DNA from: an uncultured bacterium
Lineage (GTDB): Bacteria > Verrucomicrobiota > Verrucomicrobiia > Verrucomicrobiales > DEV007
Length of the DNA: 64,000 bases
Reading direction: 5' to 3'
Assembly (NCBI GenBank): GCA_963977015.1
Contig: CAXBMO010000006.1
Coordinates: forward strand, 32,001-96,000
In this document: piece after piece, positions 40,382 to 51,999 of the stretch
Position numbering within the stretch: the first letter of the stretch is position 1
Layout: each line of letters starts with the position of its first letter
Program-made: the position numbers and the translations under genes
The notes under the pieces: model-generated
Databases searched by the model: none
Seen by the model: only the letters and a program-made list of their open reading frames with translations
What the model was told of the DNA's origin: nothing

Positions 40382-43300
40382 TCACTCTCCGGAAAAAATC
40401 TCCGACAACAGGCGACTGGTTTCTTCGGAATTGGTCCGCATGTAGGCTTTGGCGGCGGCGTTGCCGCGTTCGGGGAACATCCACGTTACCCAATGCAATT
40501 GCCATGGCTGGTGGGCTTGGTCTTCCGGGCGGTTTGCTTTGAGAATCGGGCGTGAACTGTAGTTGATCTCGCTCCATTCCTCCGGCTGGACCAACAACCC
40601 GGCGGAGCCTTTTCCGGTTTCGTAGAAGTCACGGTCGCGAATCGCATCGCCCATCAGCAGCCACTCGCGATGCTCCTGCGCTTCTTCGAGAAACACTTTC
40701 CCTCCGTTTCCAAAACCGGCGGGATAGCTGGAGAAGTTGACGGAAGTGTGGGTGATGGATTTTCCTGCGTGAGGCTTCAAGGTCAGCTTCTGAAAGAGTC
40801 CTTCATGGCCGGGGATCATCATGTAGTCCAGCCAAACGGTTGCGGTGGGAGTCACCCATTCCAACCGGACTGCGCCAATGTCGCCGTTGCTGCGATCTTC
40901 GATCTTTGCCAGTTCATAGCTCAACGCCATTTCCTGATCCTCCCCTTCGCCAAGGTAGAGTTTGAGATAGCTGTTGTAGTACCAGAGGTGTCCCCGCGGT
41001 TTGTTCATGCCGAGGCCCGAACCGTTGAGGCCGTGAACCATCTGGGGCGGGCCGGGGTCGAACAGGGAAGAATCGCAACAGACGAGGTATTTCATCTCGT
41101 ATTCGCGGAGACCGTTGCCGATCTTGAACCCGCTGATGAGATGTTCTTTGCCGTTGTAGTTGCCGTAGTGAATGGCTTTGCGTTGCAATTTTTTGACGGA
41201 TGTAAACGCGGGTTCTTGATCCAATTCGGCGGCGGCTTCGGGAATTGGTTCCCACTCGCCCTCCGGCCAATCGACCGGGGTGCGTTCCACCCGAAACTCA
41301 TAAGCGGCGAGCGCCCGCGTCGGCTGAGCCAGGGCGGGGAGAATCTCCAGTTCAACCGAAGTTGAGACGCCTGTGAGGATATCGCGAACGGACACGGTGT
41401 GGTCGCCCGGAGATTGCCCGTGGGGAATGACAAAGGCTCCCTTCACTTCGCCATCTTCGAGATAGAGGTTGTCGGCGGTGTGGGGGATTTCGCGACCGTT
41501 GGCGCCGGTCGCGGTCATGCGGATGACGTGCCTGGCGAGCGGTTGCCCGGATGCGTTCAGGGTAAGGTGATAGGCAAATCGTTCGCCGGGCCGGACTTTT
41601 TTCGGGCCTTGCAAACGAAGTTCCGGCGGTCCGTAGGGAAGAAGCGCGATCAGCTTCGGATGCCCCGGGTTGACCGTGAGCGTTTGCTCCTCCCTTTCGC
41701 CGAGGTAACTCCCGCGACGGACGTCGTAGGCATGGGTTCTTTTGCCGAAAACCAGCCGGGTCGGCAACCCGTCCCAGCGGTTTTTTCCGTGTTGGAAATA
41801 GATCTGCTGCTGCTTTTGCGGGCTGTCCTCGTTGTCCTTGGCGTTGGCCGCGATCTCCCTGACCTGGTCCACGGCCGGGAGACGCATGTAATCGGGAACG
41901 ATGCCAACCAGCTCGCCGACTCCGTCGGAAAAGGTGGCCAGGTAGACCCGGTCTTCGATTTCTCCCCGGGTGTCCGGTTTGAAAATGCGATGGCCGGGAC
42001 TGGCAATGCCCGCCGAAGCGATCAGGTCGGGAACCCATTTCGCGATCGATTCGGCATCCGGTTTCAAGGCGAGGTAGGTCGCCTTGGTTTCGGTCGCGTG
42101 AATGGCGCCCGCGGAATCCGCCAGCGTTTTCAGGGAGTCGGGAACTGCAGAATTTTCGTCGCCGAGGGTCTGCCAGGAAACCGTTCCCGCCGGCAGGCAT
42201 TCGCCAACGGTGAGGCCCTCGAGGATGGTTTCGCCCAATTGAATCGATGAGCGGATTCCCCGATAATCGGAATCGGCATCCGCCACCAGCTTGTCGGGAG
42301 AAAAGCCGAAAACGGAAGCAAACGCCACTGCGCTCTCTGCCGTTTGCGCGGATGCCAGGCCGCCTCCGCCAATGACCGTTCGACCCGATTGAGCGAACCG
42401 AACGAGTTTTTCATCGACCACAAGCGGATCAACGCAGATCAGGAGTTGCACATCGGCGGCGAGATCGGTGTCGACATCGACGAAGCGGTAGGGAATCGAG
42501 AGCCGGTTGAAAGCGCGCGCCCAGGGTTCCACCGCTTTGATGTCCTGACCGAACAAAATCGCGATTTCGCCGCGATCCCGATCCATGCGTTTCACCTGTT
42601 CTGCGACCCCGGCGTTCAGTTCCTTGATTTCCTCGCTCCACCAGCGCGTTTCGTGAGTGGAGCGCAGGTCGCCATCGAGACAGCCGAACATCATGCCGGT
42701 GGATTTGAAATAGCCGACCCCATCCATTTCATCGAAGAGCCACACCCACGGAACCGTGCGCGAATACGGTTCGTGATCGGCCCAGGGCGCGTAGTGCGTC
42801 CAGATCGTGACGATGCTGTCCGGCGACCGAAAACTCCGGTAAATGTCACGCTCCACGCCGAGCCAGATGTCGAGATTGTAGAGATGTTTGGGACTGTAGA
42901 GCCCGAGGTAACCGGAGCGTTTCATCAACTCCGGAGAGTGCGCTCCCGGGAAGACGCCGCAATATCCGGCCCTCGCCCCGGGATTGGCTTTTCGCAAAAT
43001 CGCCTCGCCTTTTTCCAGCCAGGGCAACAGCACATCGGCGGGCGGTTCGTCGGCAAACGAGTATCCCAACACCGAGAGCGGTTCCAGTTCGGTCGACATT
43101 TCCCTGAACCACTCCTTTGACTGGGCTTCGTCGAACTTCTTTTCGTTGAAGCGGTTCTTGGGAACGAACACGTTGGTCGGAACCAGCCGCAGGCCCGAAG
43201 CCGACGCCCAGGAATTCGCCGCCACATTGCGGCCGATTGGCGCGATGGCGTTGAGTCCCAATTCGCGATGCCGGTGCCCTCGCCAGCGTTCGGGGAGATC

Positions 43301-44626
43301 GCCGCGTTCATCCGCCCACGACAAGGTCGTCCATTGATTCTGCTCCGCCTCGGGATCTGATTGAACGTGAATCCATTGCAGTTGCTCCGCCAACATTCGG
43401 TCGGCGGAATCGTAGAGCACGGTTCGGAGGGAATAGGTCACGGGATCGCTTTGCCATCCCGGCACGTCCAGTTCCCCCGCGTTGGCCGGCGCCGTGGCAA
43501 AACGAACGAGATTGCGATCGGCATCATACAATTCCGCTTCGACTCGCCAGGCCGATTGACCCGGCTCAGCGAAGGGCTTCCAGGTCAGCGGGATCGGTTC
43601 TCCGCGCGGCAGGGAACCGGAGATTTCGTCCACCTCAAAAGCAATCGCTTCGCCCAGTTCGAGCCGCAGCGATCCCACGACTTGCCGTTTCCCCTGCGCA
43701 TCGCTTTTCTCCCAAAAAAGATCCACCGCCCCGATGGCCGGAATTTCCAAGGGCCATTTTTCTCCCGAAGCCAACAGTTGGCCGCTCGAGACCGATCGAA
43801 CCTGAGCCGAAAAGTGATCGCCCAAGCCCGCGAGGCTCACCTTTTCGCCCGATACCGTGGCCGTCACTTCGGGAATTGGGGGTTGGTTCCCTGCGGCGTG
43901 ACGGAGAATCCGGTGGGCCAGGACATACGCCGTTTCCCGGGCGACTTCCGGCGAATCCCAGGGGAGGATTTTTGGGAAGAACGCGTTGAAGCGCACCAGC
44001 GCCCGGTCAAACGGGCGAGCCATCACGATCCGGCCTTTTCCTTCGTTGAACGCACTGACATTGAACGAATCGCGAAACTTTCCCGGAAAAATCGGTTCCA
44101 GGTTCAGGCCCTTCGCGACGGATTCGGTGATGTCTTCCACTGCACTGGTGAGCGGTGATTCATCGTCGCTCAACTCCTTCCATTCCCGCTCCACCGAGTT
44201 GCGGGTAAACACCACCAGCCGCCCTCCCTGGCGAACCCAGTCGCGAACCAGTTCCGTGCCTTTTGGTCCCAGGTCCTCCCATGGTTTCGAGGCACTGACG
44301 ACCAGCAAATCGGGATTCTCGGCCAGATCGGCGGCGAACTGATCGAGATCAAAGACATTCTTGTAAGCACTGCTCCCGCGCAACGTGCGGACTTTTTTCA
44401 CCGCCAGGTCAAAGCGCTGACCCAGTTCGTCCGGCTCGCGGCGGGCGAGGTCGTTCACCAGAAAAAGGGCGTTGAGTGTGCCGTTTGCGTCTTGCTTCTT
44501 TTCGATCCAATGAGGGGTGACGATCGTTTCGACATAGGCCGCGGGTTCGGCAGATTGCACCGGGCTGACGATCAAAAATCCGAGACAGAGTCCGACGAAC
44601 AGGTCAGCAATAGGGGTTGATTGCAT
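40382..44626 (-). CDS. Large secreted protein, putative glycoside hydrolase (TIM barrel with GH42-like trimerisation domain)
   Basis: 1414 aa with signal peptide. YSFADEP and EIAILFG..SIPYRFVD segments, followed by Ig-like segments. Confidence 0.55.
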   Translation of the reverse strand: MQSTPIADLFVGLCLGFLIVSPVQSAEPAAYVETIVTPHWIEKKQDANGTLNALFLVNDLARREPDELGQRFDLAVKKVRTLRGSSAYKNVFDLDQFAADLAENPDLLVVSASKPWEDLGPKGTELVRDWVRQGGRLVVFTRNSVEREWKELSDDESPLTSAVEDITESVAKGLNLEPIFPGKFRDSFNVSAFNEGKGRIVMARPFDRALVRFNAFFPKILPWDSPEVARETAYVLAHRILRHAAGNQPPIPEVTATVSGEKVSLAGLGDHFSAQVRSVSSGQLLASGEKWPLEIPAIGAVDLFWEKSDAQGKRQVVGSLRLELGEAIAFEVDEISGSLPRGEPIPLTWKPFAEPGQSAWRVEAELYDADRNLVRFATAPANAGELDVPGWQSDPVTYSLRTVLYDSADRMLAEQLQWIHVQSDPEAEQNQWTTLSWADERGDLPERWRGHRHRELGLNAIAPIGRNVAANSWASASGLRLVPTNVFVPKNRFNEKKFDEAQSKEWFREMSTELEPLSVLGYSFADEPPADVLLPWLEKGEAILRKANPGARAGYCGVFPGAHSPELMKRSGYLGLYSPKHLYNLDIWLGVERDIYRSFRSPDSIVTIWTHYAPWADHEPYSRTVPWVWLFDEMDGVGYFKSTGMMFGCLDGDLRSTHETRWWSEEIKELNAGVAEQVKRMDRDRGEIAILFGQDIKAVEPWARAFNRLSIPYRFVDVDTDLAADVQLLICVDPLVVDEKLVRFAQSGRTVIGGGGLASAQTAESAVAFASVFGFSPDKLVADADSDYRGIRSSIQLGETILEGLTVGECLPAGTVSWQTLGDENSAVPDSLKTLADSAGAIHATETKATYLALKPDAESIAKWVPDLIASAGIASPGHRIFKPDTRGEIEDRVYLATFSDGVGELVGIVPDYMRLPAVDQVREIAANAKDNEDSPQKQQQIYFQHGKNRWDGLPTRLVFGKRTHAYDVRRGSYLGEREEQTLTVNPGHPKLIALLPYGPPELRLQGPKKVRPGERFAYHLTLNASGQPLARHVIRMTATGANGREIPHTADNLYLEDGEVKGAFVIPHGQSPGDHTVSVRDILTGVSTSVELEILPALAQPTRALAAYEFRVERTPVDWPEGEWEPIPEAAAELDQEPAFTSVKKLQRKAIHYGNYNGKEHLISGFKIGNGLREYEMKYLVCCDSSLFDPGPPQMVHGLNGSGLGMNKPRGHLWYYNSYLKLYLGEGEDQEMALSYELAKIEDRSNGDIGAVRLEWVTPTATVWLDYMMIPGHEGLFQKLTLKPHAGKSITHTSVNFSSYPAGFGNGGKVFLEEAQEHREWLLMGDAIRDRDFYETGKGSAGLLVQPEEWSEINYSSRPILKANRPEDQAHQPWQLHWVTWMFPERGNAAAKAYMRTNSEETSRLLSEIFSGE

Positions 44627-44704
44627 TCGGGCACGAAAGCCAGAATTGAAACAATCAAAAGAGAATGTTCAACGCAATTCGGATGGAAGGCCCGGTCAAT
44701 CGCC

Positions 44705-45538
44705 CTAACCGAACTTCCCGCTGATGTACTCTTCGGTCTGTTTTTCTTTGGGAGCGGTGAAGAGATCCTTGGTCATGCCGAACTCAATGAGATTGCCCAG
44801 ATAGAAAAATGCCGTGCGATCCGAGACGCGGGTTGCCTGCTGCATGTTGTGGGTGACGATCACAATCGTGAACTCTTCTTTCAGCTTGAGCATCAAGTCC
44901 TCGATCTTGAGTGTCGCAATTGGATCCAGGGCGGCGCAGGGCTCATCCATGAGAAGAATCTGAGGCCGATTGGCAATGGCCCGGGCAATACAGAGGCGTT
45001 GTTGTTGGCCGCCGGAAAGACCGTAGGCGCTTTCGTGAAGTTTATCCTTCACTTCATCCCAGAGCGCCGCGCCCTTCAGACTGCGCTCCACGACTTCATC
45101 CAACTGGTCGGGGTCGTTCCGACCGGCGACCCGCAAGCTGAAGACGATGTTCTCGTAGATCGTTTTCGGGAAGGGATTGTATTTCTGAAAGACCATCCCG
45201 ACGCGCTTGCGCAGGGATATGACCTCCACTTTGGGGTCATAGAGGCTCTGCCCATCAATGCGAATATCTCCCTGGTGCCGGATGCCATCGACCAAGTCGT
45301 TCATGCGGTTCAGGTTGCGGAGAAGCGTCGTCTTTCCGCAACCTGAAGGTCCGATGAAGGCCGAAATCTCCCGCTCCGGAATGGCCATGTTTACATTCTT
45401 GATCGCATGGTTTTCTCCATACCAGAAATTGAACTGATCGACTTCAATAAACGAAGGGTTGTCTTCAGGAGTATCCATGTTCACTACTTGGGAATCGCTA
45501 ATTGTACTAGAAGTCACGGTTGATATCTCCAAACTCAA
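44705..45538 (-). CDS. pstB: Phosphate ABC transporter ATP-binding protein
   Basis: [44 protein letters not shown]. Confidence 0.96.
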   Translation of the reverse strand: MSLEISTVTSSTISDSQVVNMDTPEDNPSFIEVDQFNFWYGENHAIKNVNMAIPEREISAFIGPSGCGKTTLLRNLNRMNDLVDGIRHQGDIRIDGQSLYDPKVEVISLRKRVGMVFQKYNPFPKTIYENIVFSLRVAGRNDPDQLDEVVERSLKGAALWDEVKDKLHESAYGLSGGQQQRLCIARAIANRPQILLMDEPCAALDPIATLKIEDLMLKLKEEFTIVIVTHNMQQATRVSDRTAFFYLGNLIEFGMTKDLFTAPKEKQTEEYISGKFG

Positions 45539-47433
45539 AAGGCGCTCGCTTGATATTTTTTCTGCAGCTTGCTGCGAATCCGGATCGCGAACAGATTCAT
45601 CACCACCACCAACAGGATCAACAAAAGGGTCGTTGCAAAGACCATGGGTTTTGCCGCTTCCGAATCCGGGGATTGAAAGCCGAGATCATAGATGTGAAAC
45701 CCCAGGTGCATGAACTTGCGCTCGGCGTGAACGAAGGGCGCTTCGAAGTCGAGCGGGAGCGACGGAGCAAGCTTCACCACACCGGTAATCATGAGCGGTG
45801 CCACTTCTCCCGCGCCCCGGGCCATTGCCAGGATGACGCCGGTCATGACGCCGGGGAGTGCGCTGGGCAAGACGACGCGCTGGATCATCTGCCACTTTGA
45901 CGCGCCACAAGCCAGAGCGGCTTCCCTGACTCCACGCGGGACGGCGGCAAGCGCTTCCTCGGTGGCGACAATCACAACCGGAAGGGTCATCAGGGACAGA
46001 GTCAACGATGCCCATAATATACCTCCTGTTCCGAAGGTGGGGGTGGGCAACGCGTTCGAAAAGAATCCATCGAAGTAGGGATTACCGACCAGGGTCATGA
46101 TCCCGAACAACACTCCCAAGGTCGCCAGAACGGGTTTGGCAATCCGCGTGATCTTGGCGCGTTCGGCCGACTGAAGCGGGCTCCCCGTTTGGATTGACAG
46201 ATAGACAGCGCTGAGCGTGCAGCCAATGAACCCAATTCCCGTTAAGAACCACCAAACCGGAGGCATGGGATATTCCGGTCCGCCATCGATAAACGAACCT
46301 ACGCCATAGACAAAGAATCCCAATCCAAAGACGCCAAAGACGATGGAGGGAACACCGGCGAGGTTGTTGACACAAATTCGAACGATTCGAACCAGCATAC
46401 CCTGCTTGGCATATTCGCGCAGGTAGATGGCGGCTATCACTCCAAAGGGCGTCACCATGACCGCCATGAGGATGGTCATGACAAACGTACCAAAAATGGC
46501 CGGAAAGATACCACCTTCGGTATTAGCCTCCCGGGGCTCGGCCGTGATGAATTCCTTAATGTGGTGGAGAAATACCCCGATCTTGCCAAACAACCCGAGT
46601 TGGTTGGCATAATAGAAGTGGACCAGATCACCGACCGGCTGCGTTCTCACCTCACCCGAGGCCAGGCGATACTCCAGGACCACGAGCTTTTGCTCCTCCC
46701 GAAGCTCTCTGGCCTTCGCGGCAAGCTCTTGATAGACTTCCTGTTCGTTGGCAATTTTCTCCCGAAGCGTGGCAACCTTCTTTTCGGTTTCCTCGGGTTT
46801 CGCGGAGCTTTTCTCCAATCCCCTGATCTTGAGTTCTGCGGAGCGGATTCGGGAGTTTACGTTGCCGATTTCCTTCTTCTCGATGTGCAGGATTTTCGCC
46901 CGCCGGGCGTTCGCTTCTTTAACGAGTTTTCTCAGATGCCGTTTGAAACCGTCGCCCTCTTTTTTCAGCACTTCGCCGTCCTTCAGAGTCAACGAAACCG
47001 GGTAGAAAATGGAATCCCCATACTCCATTCTTTCTGCCACAATGATGTCTTCTGGTTGTTCCTTGGACTTGACTGACTTGGAGTCAAAATAGCGGAACGC
47101 CATCCCGTAGGCATCCTTGTTGCCAATGAAGAACTGCATCTCTTCGATCACATCCTCGGAGCCGGCATTTCTCCGGGTTTGGGTCTTGATCAGTTCACCG
47201 GCAAGCTTGGATCGCTCACCGCTCTCCGAAGCCAACTCAACTTCGTAAACCGGCTTGGGCCAGAAGACGGAAATACCGTTGTAGGTAATCAGTGAAAGCA
47301 GGCCCAGGACCATCAACAGGCCGATGCTTAAGCCGGCGGCGCTCAGCCAAACCTTGACTTCACCTTTGGTGCGCGCGGTGGGGATTCCGTCCGTGTTGCG
47401 GGTTTCCGTCATAGGGTTCTCAGTTTCAGCCAT
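45535..47433 (-). CDS. pstA: Phosphate ABC transporter permease PstA (long form)
   Basis: [47 protein letters not shown]. Confidence 0.93.
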   Translation of the reverse strand: MAETENPMTETRNTDGIPTARTKGEVKVWLSAAGLSIGLLMVLGLLSLITYNGISVFWPKPVYEVELASESGERSKLAGELIKTQTRRNAGSEDVIEEMQFFIGNKDAYGMAFRYFDSKSVKSKEQPEDIIVAERMEYGDSIFYPVSLTLKDGEVLKKEGDGFKRHLRKLVKEANARRAKILHIEKKEIGNVNSRIRSAELKIRGLEKSSAKPEETEKKVATLREKIANEQEVYQELAAKARELREEQKLVVLEYRLASGEVRTQPVGDLVHFYYANQLGLFGKIGVFLHHIKEFITAEPREANTEGGIFPAIFGTFVMTILMAVMVTPFGVIAAIYLREYAKQGMLVRIVRICVNNLAGVPSIVFGVFGLGFFVYGVGSFIDGGPEYPMPPVWWFLTGIGFIGCTLSAVYLSIQTGSPLQSAERAKITRIAKPVLATLGVLFGIMTLVGNPYFDGFFSNALPTPTFGTGGILWASLTLSLMTLPVVIVATEEALAAVPRGVREAALACGASKWQMIQRVVLPSALPGVMTGVILAMARGAGEVAPLMITGVVKLAPSLPLDFEAPFVHAERKFMHLGFHIYDLGFQSPDSEAAKPMVFATTLLLILLVVVMNLFAIRIRSKLQKKYQASAF

Positions 47434-47454
47434 GGCGATATTCTAGTGAGCGAG

Positions 47455-49824
47455 TTAGACGATTTTGAACTTTTCCCGGAGATGCTGACGGAGGATTTCC
47501 GCCACGGTGTTGAGGAGGAACGTCATGATGAAGAGAACCATTGCTCCAAGGAACAGGGTTCGATAGTGAGTGGAATGAACGGGGGCTTCGGGCAACTCCA
47601 CCGCAATGTTGGCGGAGAGCGTGCGCATCCCATTGAAGATGTTCCAGTGATCCGCAATCGGGAACTTGCCGTTGCCCAATCCCATTTCCCCAAAGAGCAA
47701 TCTGCCGGCCTCATCCATGATCGGCGTATTTCCGGTCGCCATCACCACAATCATGGTTTCACCTACGGCGCGGCCAAAGCCAATCATCAGAGCCGAAAAG
47801 ATTCCGGCGGCGGCAATCGGGATCACGATGGTTCGCACCACCTGCCAGCGCGAGGCACCAAGAGCGTCCGCCGCTGAGGTGATGGAAGGCGGAACGTTGG
47901 CCAACGCGTCTTCGGCAATGGTAAAGATCACCGGGATGACCGCGAAGCCCATGATGAATCCGACCACCAGGCAGTTTCGTTGATCGTAAGGCAAGCCGGT
48001 GAACTGAGGCCACCACAAGCGGAAGTCGGCCAGCTGAGTTCCGTCCGGCATGGTAGCGACAAAGAACATCCGCTCGAGAACCGGACCTAAGTTCCAGCCC
48101 AGCAGAGAGACCAGTAGAACGACCGGAATCAGAATCGCGAACTCCAAGCCCGAAGGGATACGATTGCGATGGCGAACCGGAAGGATACTCCAGACATAGC
48201 CAATGACGCCGATGGAGAGGGGCAGTAAGATGATGACGGCAAGAATGGATGGCACCCGGCTTTCGATCAGAGGGGCCAACCAGAGAGCAGCAAGGAATCC
48301 CAAAACGACCGACGGAAGTGATGCCATGATCTCCATCAGAGGTTTGACGACCTTTTTGACCCGATTGTGGGCGAAGTGCGAAACGTAGACGGCGGCAAAC
48401 AAGGCGATCGGCACCGCAAAGAGCATGGCGTAGAAGGTTCCTTTGAGGGAGCCGATGATCAAGGGAACCAAGGAAAGCTTGGGCTCAAAATCATCCGATC
48501 CTCCCGTCGATTGCCAGACGTGGCGGGGCCGGTTCGAGCCTTCGTACCAAACCTTCCCGAAGAATGCACTCCATCCGGCCTCGGGATGATGGTCGTCGAC
48601 CTCGTAAAGATGAACCTTTCCGGCCGCATCGAGAAAACCCAGATGATGCCCCTTGGCGTCGATGGCGACCGAGATGGGTTCAAACGGAAGTTTCATGCGT
48701 TTCCGCACGGCCGCGGAGGTGGCATAGCAAATCATGAATTCGTCGCGATTCGCGACCAGGAAGGACTTGTTCCGCTGGCTGGCGACGAAGAGTTCGACAT
48801 CGTCCTTGAGCGAAGGGAATTCCTTGGTCATCCCATAAAGCCGTTTGTTCTCTCCTTCTGGGATGAACAGGCTATACATCCGGAGATGACCGGTGTTGCT
48901 GGAGACAATTACGGATACATCGCCAAGGAGGTAATCCATATTGGTGACCGTTTCGGACTTGTCCTCAAACGGTTGAAACTTCTGGCGCACCACCCAGGCG
49001 TCCGGTTCGTGAAAGAGATAGATAATTTCATTGTCCTCGGTCAGGACGAGAATGCTGTCTGCGGTGCCCGCAGCCAAGACCGAGCGGGGCTTGGCTCCGT
49101 CCAGGAGTGTGGTAAGATCTTCGATCCCGTCCAATGTTGTCGCACCACCGCCCAAAAGGGAGCGTTTCTGTTTGAGGGTGATCACGGACAGTTTCGAATC
49201 GCTGCTCCCGTGCAACGCGACAAACAACTTTTCGCGTCCGTTGTCTGCGTAATCGAGAGCGGAAACGACTCCGGGTTCCGTCTCGCTCACCGGGAAGAAA
49301 TCGCCGGTCTCCACCTCGGCGGAAACCACGCGTTGATCGTTTTCATTAAGCGTGGAGGAATACTCCACGGTCACGAATCCCACCTGGCCATCTTGGGTTC
49401 CCACCAGGATTCGTTGATTTCGCGCATCATAATCATAGGCGGAAATCGCGGCGCCATCCTGCAGTTCCAGGGATTCGCTATAGATCTGTTGGTCGCCATG
49501 GATGGGAAAGAAGCGAATTGTATCATTCCCATCGAAGGTGAAGGGAAGTTCCGACCACTCATCCAAACCCACGATTTCCGAGGAAGTCTGAAAGTCGATG
49601 GATTCCGACTCTTCTACGGATGCCTTCTTAAACAGTGGCAAAATTTCACCCATGATAAAGGCGAAGATTCCGAAGACGGCGACGATGATTCCCATTCCTC
49701 CGAACACAATCGCCGAAGTCATGAACCGGTCGAAATAGAGCGTGGACTTGGCAACCGTAAACCGTTCCGGAACCGGCTTGCGGGCGGGTGAATCGCCAGG
49801 GCTATCGTTGGAAGTCTTCGACAT
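47455..49824 (-). CDS. pstC: Phosphate ABC transporter permease PstC (long form with N-terminal beta-rich domain)
   Basis: WQSTGGSDDFEPKLSL, EIMASLPSVVLG, GRAVGETMIV, RTLSANIAVE. Confidence 0.92.
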   Translation of the reverse strand: MSKTSNDSPGDSPARKPVPERFTVAKSTLYFDRFMTSAIVFGGMGIIVAVFGIFAFIMGEILPLFKKASVEESESIDFQTSSEIVGLDEWSELPFTFDGNDTIRFFPIHGDQQIYSESLELQDGAAISAYDYDARNQRILVGTQDGQVGFVTVEYSSTLNENDQRVVSAEVETGDFFPVSETEPGVVSALDYADNGREKLFVALHGSSDSKLSVITLKQKRSLLGGGATTLDGIEDLTTLLDGAKPRSVLAAGTADSILVLTEDNEIIYLFHEPDAWVVRQKFQPFEDKSETVTNMDYLLGDVSVIVSSNTGHLRMYSLFIPEGENKRLYGMTKEFPSLKDDVELFVASQRNKSFLVANRDEFMICYATSAAVRKRMKLPFEPISVAIDAKGHHLGFLDAAGKVHLYEVDDHHPEAGWSAFFGKVWYEGSNRPRHVWQSTGGSDDFEPKLSLVPLIIGSLKGTFYAMLFAVPIALFAAVYVSHFAHNRVKKVVKPLMEIMASLPSVVLGFLAALWLAPLIESRVPSILAVIILLPLSIGVIGYVWSILPVRHRNRIPSGLEFAILIPVVLLVSLLGWNLGPVLERMFFVATMPDGTQLADFRLWWPQFTGLPYDQRNCLVVGFIMGFAVIPVIFTIAEDALANVPPSITSAADALGASRWQVVRTIVIPIAAAGIFSALMIGFGRAVGETMIVVMATGNTPIMDEAGRLLFGEMGLGNGKFPIADHWNIFNGMRTLSANIAVELPEAPVHSTHYRTLFLGAMVLFIMTFLLNTVAEILRQHLREKFKIV

Positions 49825-49864
49825 GGGAATCTGGGAGGATTGAAACGGGAAGTCTCGAAAGTTA

Positions 49865-49892
49865 GGTCCGGGGCCATGCTTGACCCCGGACC
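49865..49892 (-). terminator. GC-rich stem-loop between pstS and pstC (partial terminator or mRNA stabiliser)
   Basis: Perfect 9-bp stem GGTCCGGGG-N10-CCCCGGACC with only a weak U-tract. Confidence 0.55.
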
Positions 49893-49947
49893 AATCTCAC
49901 ATTGCGACAGGAACCCGATGAAACGTTCCTGGCGCCACACATTCGTT

Positions 49948-50898
49948 TTACTTGCCGATTTGCTTCAGGACATCTTTGGCCACTGATGCAGGCATGGAAA
50001 AATAACCATCTTTCTCAACCACCTGTTGACCTTCTGTTGCCAGGACAAAGGCGAGGAATTCCTTGGTGAGAAGATCCATTTCCTGGCCCGGCTTATTGTT
50101 CACGTAGACGTAGAGGAAACGTGCCAGAGGATATTCGCCAGAGATGCAATTTTCAGCAATTGCTTCGACAAACTTCCCTTTGCTTTCGCCCAGAGGAACG
50201 GCGCGAACGCCGGAGGTGATGTATCCGATCCCGGAGTATCCGAGAGCATATTGATCCGAGGAAACACCCTGAACAACGGCAGAAGAACCAGGCTGCTCTT
50301 TAACGGCATCGCTGTAGTCTCCTTTACCCAAGGCAACTTTCTTGAAGAAGCCGTAGGTTCCGGAAGCGCTGTTGCGGCCGTAGAGAGAGATCGTGCGACC
50401 CTTCCAGGCATCCATTCCAACTTGACCCCAATCGGTGATGGCGGAGGGAGCACCGAGCTTTCTCGTGGAAGAGAAAATGGCGTCCACTTCCTGCATGGTC
50501 AATCCTTTGATGGGATTGTCCTTGTGTGCGAACACGGCCAGGGCATCGATGGCGACTTTGATTTCAGTCGGCTTGTATCCAAACTTTGCTTCGAAGGCAT
50601 CCAGCTCTTCTTGCTTCATTTGACGGCTCATTGGCCCAAGCTGGGCTGTTCCTTCGATCAAGGCTGGAGGAGCCGTTGATGATCCCTTACCTTCGATCTG
50701 GATGTTTACGTTAGGATACTTGGCTTTGAATCCTTCCGCCCACAACGTCATCAAGTTGTTGAGAGTGTCAGAACCAATGGAGTTAAGGTTGCCAGCTACT
50801 CCACTGACGGTCTTATAGGGTTTGAGTTTGGGGTCAATCTCGGCATGGGCGCTTCCAAGAACGCAAAGGGCCGAGAGCAGACATAATACCTTTTTCAT
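49948..50898 (-). CDS. pstS: Phosphate ABC transporter substrate-binding protein
   Basis: Signal peptide, GSDTL, GKGSST, GRNSASGTYGFF, YPLARFLYVY. Confidence 0.96.
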   Translation of the reverse strand: MKKVLCLLSALCVLGSAHAEIDPKLKPYKTVSGVAGNLNSIGSDTLNNLMTLWAEGFKAKYPNVNIQIEGKGSSTAPPALIEGTAQLGPMSRQMKQEELDAFEAKFGYKPTEIKVAIDALAVFAHKDNPIKGLTMQEVDAIFSSTRKLGAPSAITDWGQVGMDAWKGRTISLYGRNSASGTYGFFKKVALGKGDYSDAVKEQPGSSAVVQGVSSDQYALGYSGIGYITSGVRAVPLGESKGKFVEAIAENCISGEYPLARFLYVYVNNKPGQEMDLLTKEFLAFVLATEGQQVVEKDGYFSMPASVAKDVLKQIGK

Positions 50899-50972
50899 AT
50901 TTAGATGGATTTTGGTTTGAGGTGAGATCCAAGCTGTAGCGCCTGAATTCGCGTATTAATGCACGTAAGTGG

Positions 50973-50992
50973 ATATTCTTGCAAGTGCATAT
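50973..50992. promoter_or_regulatory. Palindromic putative ArsR/SmtB-type operator upstream of pstS
   Basis: ATATTC-N8-GCATAT; 15/20 identical to the site at 51980-51999. Confidence 0.45.
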
Positions 50993-51117
50993 TAAGGTGT
51001 GCTACGGGGCGATTTTGTAACACAAAATGTGCACTGCCTTGTTGGTGGGAATGGCAGGCGTCGACGATCCAGGTTTCGCCGCTCTGAGGTGCTGCCGGGT
51101 CTTGCCTTGCCTGATCT

Positions 51118-51987
51118 CTATCCGAATCTTCCGGAAAGATATTCTTCAGTCGTCGACTCCTTGGGATTACGGAACATCTCTCCTGTATCTCCAACCTCGA
51201 TAAGCTTCCCAAGATAGAAGAAGGCGGTTACCTGAGAAACTCGCGATGCCTGTTGGAGGTTATGAGTGACGATGACGATGGTATATTTGCTGCGAAGGCT
51301 GCTAATGAGATCTTCCACCTTGGCCGTGGCAATCGGATCCAGGGCCGAACAGGGTTCATCCATGAGGAGCACCTTGGGCTTCACCGCAATCGCCCGGGCA
51401 ATGCACAACCGTTGCTGTTGGCCTCCGGAAAGTCCAAAGGCGCTGTCATCCAATCGATCTTTCACTTCGTCCCAAAGCGCAGCGCCCTTCAGGCTTTCCT
51501 CGACGACTTCGTCCAGCACATCGCGGCTTTGTTCGCCGGCAATGCGCAAACCGTAGGCAACGTTCTCATAGATGCTTCGGGGAAATGGGTTGGATTTTTG
51601 GAAAACCATCCCGACATCACGACGCAATACGACCGGATTAACTTCCGGTGAATGAACGTCCATTCCGTCCAGCTCGATTCGTCCGCGGCTGATGTGTGCT
51701 CCATCGACTTTGTCGTTCATCCGGTTGAAGCACCGCAAGAGTGTCGATTTTCCACACCCTGAAGGTCCGATGAAAGCCGTGACTTCGCCGCGCTCGATCG
51801 TCAGGTTGATCCCCTCAAGCGCCACCTTCTCACCGTAAGAAAACTCCACATCATCCATCTTGATCGCCGGTCCCGTGGTGGGGGGCACCTGCGCCCTGGG
51901 TTGGGTTGCTTCCGCAGGGGAAGTGGTAACCGATTGGCTGTTCTTGGGTTGAGTGTTCGCTATCATGAAATCAGCCTCTGTATGCAT
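51118..51987 (-). CDS. pstB: Second phosphate ABC transporter ATP-binding protein
   Basis: [43 protein letters not shown]. Start may be 51966. Confidence 0.96.
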   Translation of the reverse strand: MHTEADFMIANTQPKNSQSVTTSPAEATQPRAQVPPTTGPAIKMDDVEFSYGEKVALEGINLTIERGEVTAFIGPSGCGKSTLLRCFNRMNDKVDGAHISRGRIELDGMDVHSPEVNPVVLRRDVGMVFQKSNPFPRSIYENVAYGLRIAGEQSRDVLDEVVEESLKGAALWDEVKDRLDDSAFGLSGGQQQRLCIARAIAVKPKVLLMDEPCSALDPIATAKVEDLISSLRSKYTIVIVTHNLQQASRVSQVTAFFYLGKLIEVGDTGEMFRNPKESTTEEYLSGRFG

Positions 51988-51999
51988 GCATTTGCATAT
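51980..51999. promoter_or_regulatory. Palindromic putative ArsR/SmtB-type operator at the start of the second pstB
   Basis: GTATGC-N8-GCATAT. Confidence 0.45.
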
